From a virus, in the IMG/VR virus record IMGVR_UViG_3300046804_004006, positions 8,597 to 72,596 of that record: a DNA stretch of 64,000 nt, one strand, 5' to 3'. The notes under the pieces were generated by a model, which did no database searches, was not told the DNA's origin, and was given only the letters and a program-made list of their open reading frames with translations. The first letter of the stretch is position 1. The number at the start of each line of letters is the position of its first letter. Made by a program: the position numbers and the translations under genes. Shown piece by piece: positions 55,856-64,000 of this stretch.

Positions 55856-55913
55856 TTGAATTTAATATAATTCAAACCAAAACAAGAACACTTTAGTAAA
55901 AGGTAAAACGCAA

Positions 55914-57335
55914 ATGTTCCATTCCGAGCATCTGCAGGAAAAGTGGGCACCTCTCCTCAATTATGAGGGTGGAATCAAAGATTCACATCGTAGAGCTGTA
56001 ACCGCTGTCCTGCTCGAAAACCAAGAAAAATTCCTTCGTGAGCAATCTGCTTTCGAACAATCAGGATCATTCCTCACAGAGGCAGTTCCAACAAATAGTG
56101 CTAACGCCGATGGCGCTAGTGGTGGTTTTAGTGGTAGCGCCGCTGCTGGTGGTCCTACTGCAGGTTTCGATCCAGTACTGATCTCATTGATCCGTCGTTC
56201 GATGCCTAACCTGATCGCTTATGACGTTGCAGGCGTTCAGCCAATGAGTGGCCCCACTGGACTCATCTTTGCAATGCGCTCACGCTATACTGATCAGTCT
56301 GGCACTGAAACTTTCTACAATGAAGTAGATTCTGCATTCTCTGGTCAGAATAAAGGACTCACTAATGTTGGTTTTGGTAGCACAAACTCTGGTATTGGTA
56401 CTTCTGCACAGGCAGGAACCAATCCAGGAGCACTAAATCCATCAACAAATACAACTCAAACTGCATACAACGTTGGTCAAGGTATGTTGACCGGCGATGC
56501 AGAAAATCTTAGTGGTGACGGCAATGATGCCTTTAACCAGATGGCATTCTCGATCGAGAAAGTCACTGTTACCGCAAGATCACGCGCCCTGAAAGCTGAG
56601 TATTCACTTGAGCTTGCTCAAGACCTTAAGGCAATTCACGGTCTGAATGCAGAAGCTGAGTTGGCAAACATTCTGTCAACTGAGATTCTTGCCGAAATCA
56701 ACCGCGAAGTTATCAGAACCATCTATAAGACTGCAGAAACAGGTGCTGTTCAAAACACGGCAACTGCTGGCATCTTTGACCTCGACGTTGACTCCAACGG
56801 TCGTTGGTCGGTTGAGAAGTTCAAGGGTCTTCTGTTCCAGATTGAGCGTGATGCTAATGCTATCGCTCAGAGAACTCGTCGTGGAAAGGGCAACATCATC
56901 ATGTGCTCTGCTGACGTTGCTTCAGCACTGACCATGGCTGGTGTTCTTGATTACACCCCTGCACTCAACGCAAACCTAAACGTTGATGATACTGGCAACA
57001 CCTTTGCTGGTACTCTAATGGGCAAGTTCCGCGTATACATTGACCCATATGCTGCTAACCTGACTGCAGGCAATGCTACTCCAGGCAACCAGTACTATGT
57101 TGTTGGTTATAAGGGTTCTTCACCTTATGACGCCGGACTCTTCTATTGTCCTTATGTTCCTCTCCAAATGGTTCGTGCCGTTGGTGAGAACAGCTTCCAG
57201 CCTAAGATCGGATTTAAGACCCGTTACGGAATGGTTGCAAACCCATTCGCTGAGGGTACTACCCAGGGTCTTGGTGGTCTTAACGTTAACTCTAACCGTT
57301 ATTACAGAAGAGTTTCTGTTAAGAACCTTATGTGA
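55914..57335 (+). CDS. gp23: major capsid protein gp23
   Basis: GVQPMSGPTGLIFAMR, SRALKAEYSLELAQDLKAIHGL, FQPKIGFKTRYG. Confidence 0.98.
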   Translation: MFHSEHLQEKWAPLLNYEGGIKDSHRRAVTAVLLENQEKFLREQSAFEQSGSFLTEAVPTNSANADGASGGFSGSAAAGGPTAGFDPVLISLIRRSMPNLIAYDVAGVQPMSGPTGLIFAMRSRYTDQSGTETFYNEVDSAFSGQNKGLTNVGFGSTNSGIGTSAQAGTNPGALNPSTNTTQTAYNVGQGMLTGDAENLSGDGNDAFNQMAFSIEKVTVTARSRALKAEYSLELAQDLKAIHGLNAEAELANILSTEILAEINREVIRTIYKTAETGAVQNTATAGIFDLDVDSNGRWSVEKFKGLLFQIERDANAIAQRTRRGKGNIIMCSADVASALTMAGVLDYTPALNANLNVDDTGNTFAGTLMGKFRVYIDPYAANLTAGNATPGNQYYVVGYKGSSPYDAGLFYCPYVPLQMVRAVGENSFQPKIGFKTRYGMVANPFAEGTTQGLGGLNVNSNRYYRRVSVKNLM

Positions 57336-57356
57336 TCTATTTCACATAAATTACCC

Positions 57357-57384
57357 AGAGGATCCTTCGGGATCCTCTTTTTTT
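57357..57384 (+). terminator. Rho-independent terminator with C(UUCG)G tetraloop
   Basis: AGAGGATCC-TTCG-GGATCCTCT-TTTTTT after gp23. Confidence 0.92.
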
Positions 57385-57405
57385 ATCTAAATATTTAAAA
57401 AAATC

Positions 57406-57957
57406 ATGGTAGCGGGACAACCAGACAATAGAAACTTTTTATCTCCAACAGGATTTAAATTTACATTAAGAAGAGTGCCTAAAGTCGCATTTTTTTGCAA
57501 CTCAGCAAATATTCCAGAACTCACTTTAGGTACTACAACTCAACCATCATATCTAAAAGATATTGATATTCCCGGAGACAAAATTGTTTTTGGAGATCTT
57601 AACTTAAGATTTTTAGTTGACGAAAATCTTGAGAATTATATGGAAATACAAAACTGGATTCGTGGTCTAGGATATCCAGAAAGTTTACAACAAATATATG
57701 ATTTCCAAAACACAGGATTTATTACCCCCAAAATTGAATCGCAAAAACAACTTGGTTTATACTCAGACGGAACTCTCCAAGTATTGACAAGTTCATCTCT
57801 TCCAAATTTTCAAATTATATTTAAAGACTTATTTCCATATTCTCTTGGAACTTTAAATTTTGATGCTACCGATACAGATATTCAATACTTTACAGCGGAC
57901 GTAACTTTCAAGTATACTATTTACAATATAGTTGACCTTTCTGGAAATCCTTTATGA
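57406..57957 (+). CDS. gp3: tail tube terminator / tail completion gp3
   Basis: NFLSPTGFKF, ANIP, FLVDENLENY.EI..W, FPYSL. Confidence 0.9.
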   Translation: MVAGQPDNRNFLSPTGFKFTLRRVPKVAFFCNSANIPELTLGTTTQPSYLKDIDIPGDKIVFGDLNLRFLVDENLENYMEIQNWIRGLGYPESLQQIYDFQNTGFITPKIESQKQLGLYSDGTLQVLTSSSLPNFQIIFKDLFPYSLGTLNFDATDTDIQYFTADVTFKYTIYNIVDLSGNPL

Positions 57958-58391
57958 GTTTTGATCTTGATACCATACAAAAAATGTGGGAGCAAGATTC
58001 TAAGATTGACATTGATAATCTACATACAGAATCTTTAAATATCCCAGTTCTTCATTCAAAGTATTTTGAACTTTATAATACTATTTTTCTCTTAAGAAAA
58101 AAAGCAGAGCAGCAGAAAAGAAACATTCGACATGAAAGATACGAATATTACTCAGGAAAAGCAGATCCAGAAACATATATCGATAACCCATTCCCCAAAA
58201 AGATTCGAGATAAAGATACAATGCAAAAGTATCTTGATGCTGACGAAAAACTTTCAACTGTTTGCTTAAAGATAGATTACTACGATACGATGCTCGTTTA
58301 TATCGAAAGCATCTTAAAGATGATTCAAAATAGAACCTATCAAATTAAAAACTCTATTGAGTTTATTCGTTTTCAGTCTGGGTTAGGGTAA
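57954..58391 (+). CDS. uvsY: recombination mediator UvsY
   Basis: IPVLHSKY, YYSGKA, YLDADE, RTYQIKNSIEFIRF. Confidence 0.92.
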   Translation: MSFDLDTIQKMWEQDSKIDIDNLHTESLNIPVLHSKYFELYNTIFLLRKKAEQQKRNIRHERYEYYSGKADPETYIDNPFPKKIRDKDTMQKYLDADEKLSTVCLKIDYYDTMLVYIESILKMIQNRTYQIKNSIEFIRFQSGLG

Positions 58392-58418
58392 ATAAATACT
58401 CATAGCAATCATCATGCT

Positions 58419-59885
58419 ATGAGTGAAGTACTTATTGAAAAGAAAAATGAAGTTTTTCTGAAACTTCATTGTGAACCACATATTCTCTACGAACTACAAC
58501 CATATTTTACCTTTGAGGTTGAGTCTGCAAAATTTATGTCCCAGTACAGAAGTAGACACTGGGATGGAAAAATTAGGCTGCTAAGCACTCATACGGGAGA
58601 AATTTACGCGGGGTTGTTGGATAAGATCGTTGATAAACTTTCTTTGCATAATTATCAATATCAGTTTAAAGAAAATAGATTTTATGGGCAACCTTTTGAG
58701 GTAAATGAAACTATCTCATATGAAGGTGTCAAGGACTATATGGCATCTATATGCTCTCATTCTCCACGTCAATATCAAATTGAGGGAGTATATGATGCTC
58801 TAAGACACAACCGAAAACTGCTGATATCACCAACTGCCTCAGGCAAATCTCTGATGATTTATTCAATCGTGAGATATTATGTAGATAAAAGACAAAAAAT
58901 TCTTTTAGTTGTTCCGACGACATCTCTAGTAGAGCAGATGTATAAGGATTTTCAGGATTATGGTTGGGATGCTGACTCATATTGTCACCGCATTTATTCA
59001 GGTAGAGAGAAAACAAATGAACATCCTGTTACGATTACAACCTGGCAATCTGTATATAAATTAGAACGCTCATTCTTCGAAGACTATAACGTAATTATAG
59101 GGGATGAGGCACATTTATTTAAAAGTAAGTCTCTAATTGAAATAATGACTAAACTCCATCACGCAAAATATCGTTTTGGATTTACAGGAACTCTTGATGG
59201 CACACAAACTCATAAATGGGTTCTAGAGGGGTTATTTGGTCCATCATATAAAGTTACTAAAACTGATGAATTGATGCGACAGGGACATCTTTCGCAGTTA
59301 GATATTCGTTGCATAGTTCTTAAACATTCTCCGCAAAAATTTGAATCCTATGAAGATGAAATCCAATATTTAATTTCCCACGAACAGAGGAATAAGTTTA
59401 TTACTAATCTTTCTCTAGATATGAAAGGAAATACTTTGGTATTGTTTTCTAGAGTTGAATCGCACGGAGCAATACTCTACGACAAGATAAATAATAACAA
59501 ACGAGATGATCGTAAAGTATTTTTTATTCATGGTGGAGTTGATACTGAAGAAAGAGAATTAGTTAGAGAAATTACAGAAAGGGAAAATAATGCAATTATT
59601 GTTGCTTCATATGGAACCTTTTCTACAGGAATTAACATTAAAAATCTACATAATGTAATTTTTGCATCACCTAGTAAATCAAGAATTAGAAATCTACAGT
59701 CAATTGGAAGAGTTTTAAGAAAAGGAAAAAATAAAACAAAAGCAGTTCTTTATGATATTGCTGATGATTGCACTTATAACTCTCGAAAAAATTATACTCT
59801 AAACCATCTTATAGAAAGAATTAAAATCTATAATGAAGAGAACTTTAATTATGAAATAATCACTATACAACTTAAGAAAAAATGA
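58419..59885 (+). CDS. uvsW: RNA-DNA/DNA helicase UvsW
   Basis: WDGKIRL, SPTASGKS, GDEAH, GFTGT, LQSIGRVLR. Confidence 0.95.
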   Translation: MSEVLIEKKNEVFLKLHCEPHILYELQPYFTFEVESAKFMSQYRSRHWDGKIRLLSTHTGEIYAGLLDKIVDKLSLHNYQYQFKENRFYGQPFEVNETISYEGVKDYMASICSHSPRQYQIEGVYDALRHNRKLLISPTASGKSLMIYSIVRYYVDKRQKILLVVPTTSLVEQMYKDFQDYGWDADSYCHRIYSGREKTNEHPVTITTWQSVYKLERSFFEDYNVIIGDEAHLFKSKSLIEIMTKLHHAKYRFGFTGTLDGTQTHKWVLEGLFGPSYKVTKTDELMRQGHLSQLDIRCIVLKHSPQKFESYEDEIQYLISHEQRNKFITNLSLDMKGNTLVLFSRVESHGAILYDKINNNKRDDRKVFFIHGGVDTEERELVREITERENNAIIVASYGTFSTGINIKNLHNVIFASPSKSRIRNLQSIGRVLRKGKNKTKAVLYDIADDCTYNSRKNYTLNHLIERIKIYNEENFNYEIITIQLKKK

Positions 59886-60277
59886 TAGAAGATGATTTTT
59901 ATGCAACTCTTAAATTAAAAACCGGTGAAGAAATCTTTGCAAAGGTAGCAGCTTCTGAGGAAGATGATAGAACAATATTAATTATAACTAACCCTATCAT
60001 TGTAAATGAAATTAAGAGTAGACAAGGAATTGTTGGATATAAAATAGAACCCTGGTTAAAAACTACAACTGACGATATGTTTATTATTAATTTGAATGAT
60101 GTTCTTACTATGTCCGAGTCTTCTGATATAGAAATGATTATGATGTATCAAAATTATGTTAGACAATCAAATAAAGATGATACATCAAATCATTCTAAAA
60201 TTAATCGTAGAATGGGATATATTGCCAATGTTAATGATGCTAAAGAGATCTTAGAGAAACTTTTTAAAAATAGCTAA
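59882..60277 (+). CDS. conserved hypothetical protein (Sm-like fold candidate)
   Basis: LKLKTGEEIFAKV...PW; located between uvsW and gp55. Confidence 0.75.
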   Translation: MIEDDFYATLKLKTGEEIFAKVAASEEDDRTILIITNPIIVNEIKSRQGIVGYKIEPWLKTTTDDMFIINLNDVLTMSESSDIEMIMMYQNYVRQSNKDDTSNHSKINRRMGYIANVNDAKEILEKLFKNS

Positions 60278-60306
60278 AGCTAATCTTTTGAACCTCCACA
60301 AAGGTT

Positions 60307-60357
60307 ATTATACGGAGATTGAGGCACCTTGTCAACTATTTGATTGGATGTTATAAT
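60307..60357. promoter_or_regulatory. divergent sigma70 promoters with overlapping -35 boxes
   Basis: Plus: TTGTCA(60329)-17-TATAAT(60352). Minus: TTGACA(60335-60330)-17-TATAAT(60312-60307). Confidence 0.75.
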
Positions 60358-60382
60358 TCCTACATAATAATGATAAAAACTT

Positions 60383-60877
60383 ATGATAACCACAGCAGTC
60401 ATGACCAAAAGAAAGAGGTCAGAGCATTATGTTAATAACAAGGAGTTTCTTGCGGCTCTAATTAAGTATCGTGAAGATAAGGAAATTGCAGAAATTCAAG
60501 GGAAACCAAAACCTCCCATTCCTCGCTACATTGGAGAGTGTTTCCTGAAGATTGCTAATCATTTATCATTCAAACCAAATTTTGTCAATTACATGTTCAA
60601 AGAGGACATGATTTCTGATGGTATTGAGAACTGCGTTCAATACATTCATAACTTTAATCCAGAGAAGTCACAAAATCCTTTTGCTTATTTTACTCAGATT
60701 ATTCACTATGCTTTCCTTCGCCGCATTCAAAGAGAAAAGCGTCAGTTAGAAATCAAGAACAAAATCCTTGAGCGTTCTGGATTTTCTGAAGTCTTTGATG
60801 ACAACTCACTTGACGGATCCAATTATAGTGACTATAATTCTATTAAAGATGCAGTGCATTCCAAACTTCGGTATTGA
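60383..60877 (+). CDS. gp55: late-transcription sigma factor gp55
   Basis: HYVNNKEF, YIGECFLKIA, NPFAYFTQI..AFLRRIQREK. Confidence 0.96.
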   Translation: MITTAVMTKRKRSEHYVNNKEFLAALIKYREDKEIAEIQGKPKPPIPRYIGECFLKIANHLSFKPNFVNYMFKEDMISDGIENCVQYIHNFNPEKSQNPFAYFTQIIHYAFLRRIQREKRQLEIKNKILERSGFSEVFDDNSLDGSNYSDYNSIKDAVHSKLRY

Positions 60878-61918
60878 ATGAAAGTCGCTATTATAACAGA
60901 CCAGCATTTCGGGTGTCGTAAAAATTCCAAACTCTTTCACGATTATTTTCTGAAATTTTACAATGATGTATTTTTCCCTACACTCGAAGAGCAAGGGATT
61001 ACTACTGTTGTAGACATGGGAGATACTTTTGATAGTCGTAAGGGTATTGATTTTTCAGCACTTTCTTGGGCTAAAAATAATTATTATGACCGTCTCCAAG
61101 AGATGGGAGTAAAGGTTCATACAATTGTGGGAAATCATACTGCTTATTATAAAAATACCAATAATGTAAATGCAGTAGATTTACTTTTACGTGAGTATGA
61201 TAATGTAACTGTATATTCTGAACCAACTGAAGTGATGTTGGGTCAACTACCCATACTCTTCATACCTTGGATTAATCAAGAAAATGAAGAACGCACTCTT
61301 AAACTTATTCAAAAGACAACTTGCCAGTGTGCGATGGGTCATCTTGAACTCCAAGGATTTCGAGTTAATCGACAAATCATCATGGAGCATGGTTTAGAAA
61401 GCAAGTTATTTGAGAAGTTTAAGCGTGTCTACTCGGGGCACTATCACACTCGATCGACTAACGGAACAGTCTTTTATCTGGGGAATCCATATGAGATTTA
61501 CTGGACTGATGTAGGTGATAATCGTGGGTTTACTATTTTTGACACTGAGACATTAGAGCACACTTCGATTGATAATCCTTATAAGATGTTTCATAACATT
61601 TATTATGAGGATACAAATTATCAAACTTTTGATGCGCGAGAGTATGAAAACAAAATTGTAAAGGTAGTCGTTCGCAAAAAATCAGATATCAAAAAATTTG
61701 AAAAATTTATCGATAAACTTTATAATTCTAATATTGCAGAATTAAAAGTTATTGAAAATTTTGATATTCAAGAACCAGAAAATTTTGAAGCATTTGAATC
61801 AGAAGATACTGTTTCAATTTTGAATAGATATATTGAGGAGGCAGAAGTTAATCTTGATAAGTCAATAGTTCAAAAACTGTTACAAGAAGTGTATCAAGAG
61901 GCATGTGAGATGATTTAA
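60878..61918 (+). CDS. gp47: recombination nuclease gp47 (Mre11/SbcD-like)
   Basis: DQHFG, GDTFD, GNH, GHLE, SGHYH metallophosphoesterase motifs. Confidence 0.96.
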   Translation: MKVAIITDQHFGCRKNSKLFHDYFLKFYNDVFFPTLEEQGITTVVDMGDTFDSRKGIDFSALSWAKNNYYDRLQEMGVKVHTIVGNHTAYYKNTNNVNAVDLLLREYDNVTVYSEPTEVMLGQLPILFIPWINQENEERTLKLIQKTTCQCAMGHLELQGFRVNRQIIMEHGLESKLFEKFKRVYSGHYHTRSTNGTVFYLGNPYEIYWTDVGDNRGFTIFDTETLEHTSIDNPYKMFHNIYYEDTNYQTFDAREYENKIVKVVVRKKSDIKKFEKFIDKLYNSNIAELKVIENFDIQEPENFEAFESEDTVSILNRYIEEAEVNLDKSIVQKLLQEVYQEACEMI

Positions 61919-62193
61919 TGTTTATTCTAACAATCAATGGTAGGGAAACTGAAGGAGCATATTCCGTAGCTAACGATGAAGGAGATCAAATCCTTTATCT
62001 TTTTGAGGAAGAAGATGATGCTTCAAGATATGCTATGATGTTAGAAGAAGACGGATATCCGGAAATGCATGTGATTGAAATTGAAGATGATGTGATGATA
62101 AAAACGTGCGAACTTCATAATTATCAATACACATTAATAACTCCAGATGATATTGTAATTCCCCCAGACAACGTGACTCATGATTTTATTTAA
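61918..62193 (+). CDS. conserved hypothetical protein
   Basis: EGAY...FEEEDDASRYAMML; located between gp47 and gp46. Confidence 0.8.
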   Translation: MFILTINGRETEGAYSVANDEGDQILYLFEEEDDASRYAMMLEEDGYPEMHVIEIEDDVMIKTCELHNYQYTLITPDDIVIPPDNVTHDFI

Positions 62194-63892
62194 AACTATT
62201 AAATGGAAAAATTTTCTTTCTACGGGCAATCAATATACGGAAGTTGATTTTACCAAAAATAAAACAAATCTAATTATCGGTACAAATGGGGCTGGTAAGA
62301 GTACAGTTCTTGATGCCCTAACTTTTTCATTGTTTGGGAAACCATTTCGCAAAATTAATAAACCACAACTTATTAATTCTGTTAACGATAGGGAGTGTGT
62401 TGTTGAAGTTGAATTTGATATTGGTAATATCTCTTGGAAAGTCGTAAGGGGCATCAAACCAAATATTTTTGAAGTTTATCGTGATGATTTTCTTCTAGAT
62501 CAGTCTGCTGCCGCTTTAGATCAACAGAAATGGTTAGAACAAAATGTTCTTAAGATGAACTATAAGTCTTTTACTCAAATTGTTATTTTGGGTTCAAGCA
62601 CTTTTGTTCCTTTTATGCAACTTCCCGCATCCCATCGTCGTGAGGTGATTGAGGATTTGTTGGATATTAAAATTTTCTCTTCTATGAATCTTGTTATTAA
62701 AGAGAAAATTCGCTCAATCAAAGAAGAAATTAAAACCTTTGAATTAAAAAAAGAGTCTCTTAATGATAAAGTTAAGATGCAGAAAGAGTTTATTGAAGAA
62801 CTCGAAAATCGTGGAAAGGATAATATTAAAAATAAAGAAGAAAAAATACAACAACTTCTTAATGAAGAAAACGATTTAATTAATATAAATTCGTGTAAAA
62901 ATGAGGAGGTTGATCAACTTCAAGAATATATTGAAAAATATATAGGAGCAACTGAAAAACTTCGTAAGCTTGGCAACCTTAAAGGTAAGATCTCCCAAAA
63001 AGTATCTTCTATTACTAAAGAGCATAAATTTTTTACCGAGAATAGGGTTTGCCCTACCTGCACACAGTCTATTGAAGAGACCTTCAGAATAAATAAAATT
63101 AAGGACGCTCAAAATAAAGCAAACGAGTTGCAATCTGGTTATAAAGAACTAGAAGAGGCAATTAAAGAGGAAGAGGAGCGAGAGCGTCAATTCAATGCTC
63201 TATCGAAGGAGATCTTACAACTAACGAATGGCATTTCTCAAAACAATACTAAGATCGCTGGATGTCAAAGACAAATCAGAGATCTTGAACATGAAATTCA
63301 AGTTCTTACCGAGAACCTTGCAAACCGAAATTCTGAACATGAGAAACTAGAATCCTTCAAAGACAATTTAAAAACTACATACGACGAACTCGCTTCTAGA
63401 AAAGATTCAATCAACTATTACGATTTTTCGTATAGTTTGCTTAAAGACGGCGGAGTTAAATCCAAAATCATTAAAAAGTATCTACCGCTGATAAATCAGC
63501 AAGTTAACCGTTATCTTCAAATGATGGATTTCTACATCAACTTTACACTTGATGAGGAGTTTAACGAAACCGTCCAATCACCCATTCATGAAGATTTTTC
63601 TTATGCATCTTTTAGTGAAGGTGAAAAACAAAGAATAGATTTGGCACTTCTTTTTACGTGGAGAGAAGTTGCAAGAATGAAAAATTCTGTTAATACAAAT
63701 CTTATGATACTTGATGAGATTTTTGATAGTTCTTTGGATTCTACAGGGACCGAAGAGTTTCTTAAAATTATCCGTTATGTGATCAAAGATGCTAACATCT
63801 TTGTCATCTCTCACAAGACTGGACTTGAGGACAGATTTGAAAGTGTCATAAAGTTTGAGAAAGTCAAAGGATTTTCCCGTATGGTGGTCTGA
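62180..63892 (+). CDS. gp46: recombination ATPase gp46 (Rad50/SbcC-like)
   Basis: GTNGAGKST, CPTC zinc hook, FSEGEK, ILDEIFD, ISH. Confidence 0.97.
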   Translation: MILFKTIKWKNFLSTGNQYTEVDFTKNKTNLIIGTNGAGKSTVLDALTFSLFGKPFRKINKPQLINSVNDRECVVEVEFDIGNISWKVVRGIKPNIFEVYRDDFLLDQSAAALDQQKWLEQNVLKMNYKSFTQIVILGSSTFVPFMQLPASHRREVIEDLLDIKIFSSMNLVIKEKIRSIKEEIKTFELKKESLNDKVKMQKEFIEELENRGKDNIKNKEEKIQQLLNEENDLININSCKNEEVDQLQEYIEKYIGATEKLRKLGNLKGKISQKVSSITKEHKFFTENRVCPTCTQSIEETFRINKIKDAQNKANELQSGYKELEEAIKEEEERERQFNALSKEILQLTNGISQNNTKIAGCQRQIRDLEHEIQVLTENLANRNSEHEKLESFKDNLKTTYDELASRKDSINYYDFSYSLLKDGGVKSKIIKKYLPLINQQVNRYLQMMDFYINFTLDEEFNETVQSPIHEDFSYASFSEGEKQRIDLALLFTWREVARMKNSVNTNLMILDEIFDSSLDSTGTEEFLKIIRYVIKDANIFVISHKTGLEDRFESVIKFEKVKGFSRMVV

Positions 63893-63906
63893 ACCACTCA
63901 AGAAAA

Positions 63907-64000
63907 ATGCAAGTCCCAAACTGGAAGCATCACTCTAAGAAAGAACAGAAACGAAAACTTAAACCGCAAGCACTTCGGCAAGCAAAAGCACGACTCGCCC
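63907..64000 (+). CDS. small basic protein, truncated by the window end
   Basis: MQVPNWKHHSKKEQKRKLKPQALRQAKARLA... Confidence 0.6.
   Translation, partial: MQVPNWKHHSKKEQKRKLKPQALRQAKARLA

Noticed and set aside
45070-63892. Introns, inteins, stop-codon recoding or a diversity-generating retroelement
   Set aside because: Core genes are intact and of normal length under the standard code, and no reverse transcriptase or template/variable repeat pair was seen.

Overview
This is a 64-kb segment of a T4-like myovirus. Gene order and content point to a cyanomyovirus (Kyanoviridae-like); a cyanobacterial host is inferred, not shown. Almost everything is coded on the + strand, in four zones. (1) 1-11,030 is an early/accessory region with tRNA-Ala(UGC), an SF2 helicase, ArdA-like, DUF2786-like and DUF6011-like genes and dozens of tiny acidic ORFs. 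These are organised in cassettes, eight of them headed by a GTGCCAC-N8-GTGGCAC palindrome 29-31 nt upstream of a -10 box. (2) 11,030-12,770 is a 1.7-kb, nearly non-coding region with three perfect TTTTCCACA boxes (cyanobacterial DnaA consensus), a 10-bp tandem repeat, divergent sigma70 promoters, a 70-bp-period repeat/spacer array and a 53-bp-period motif array. It is most likely a replication origin or control region. (3) 12,770-57,960 is the virion module: gp25, gp6, a 4139-aa gp7-like wedge protein, gp8, a VrlC-like protein, gp13-gp23 and gp3, plus candidate internal head proteins and an NblA-like mini-ORF. (4) 57,950-64,000 holds uvsY, uvsW, gp55, gp47 and gp46. All annotations come from motif recognition and synteny by eye; no database searches were run.
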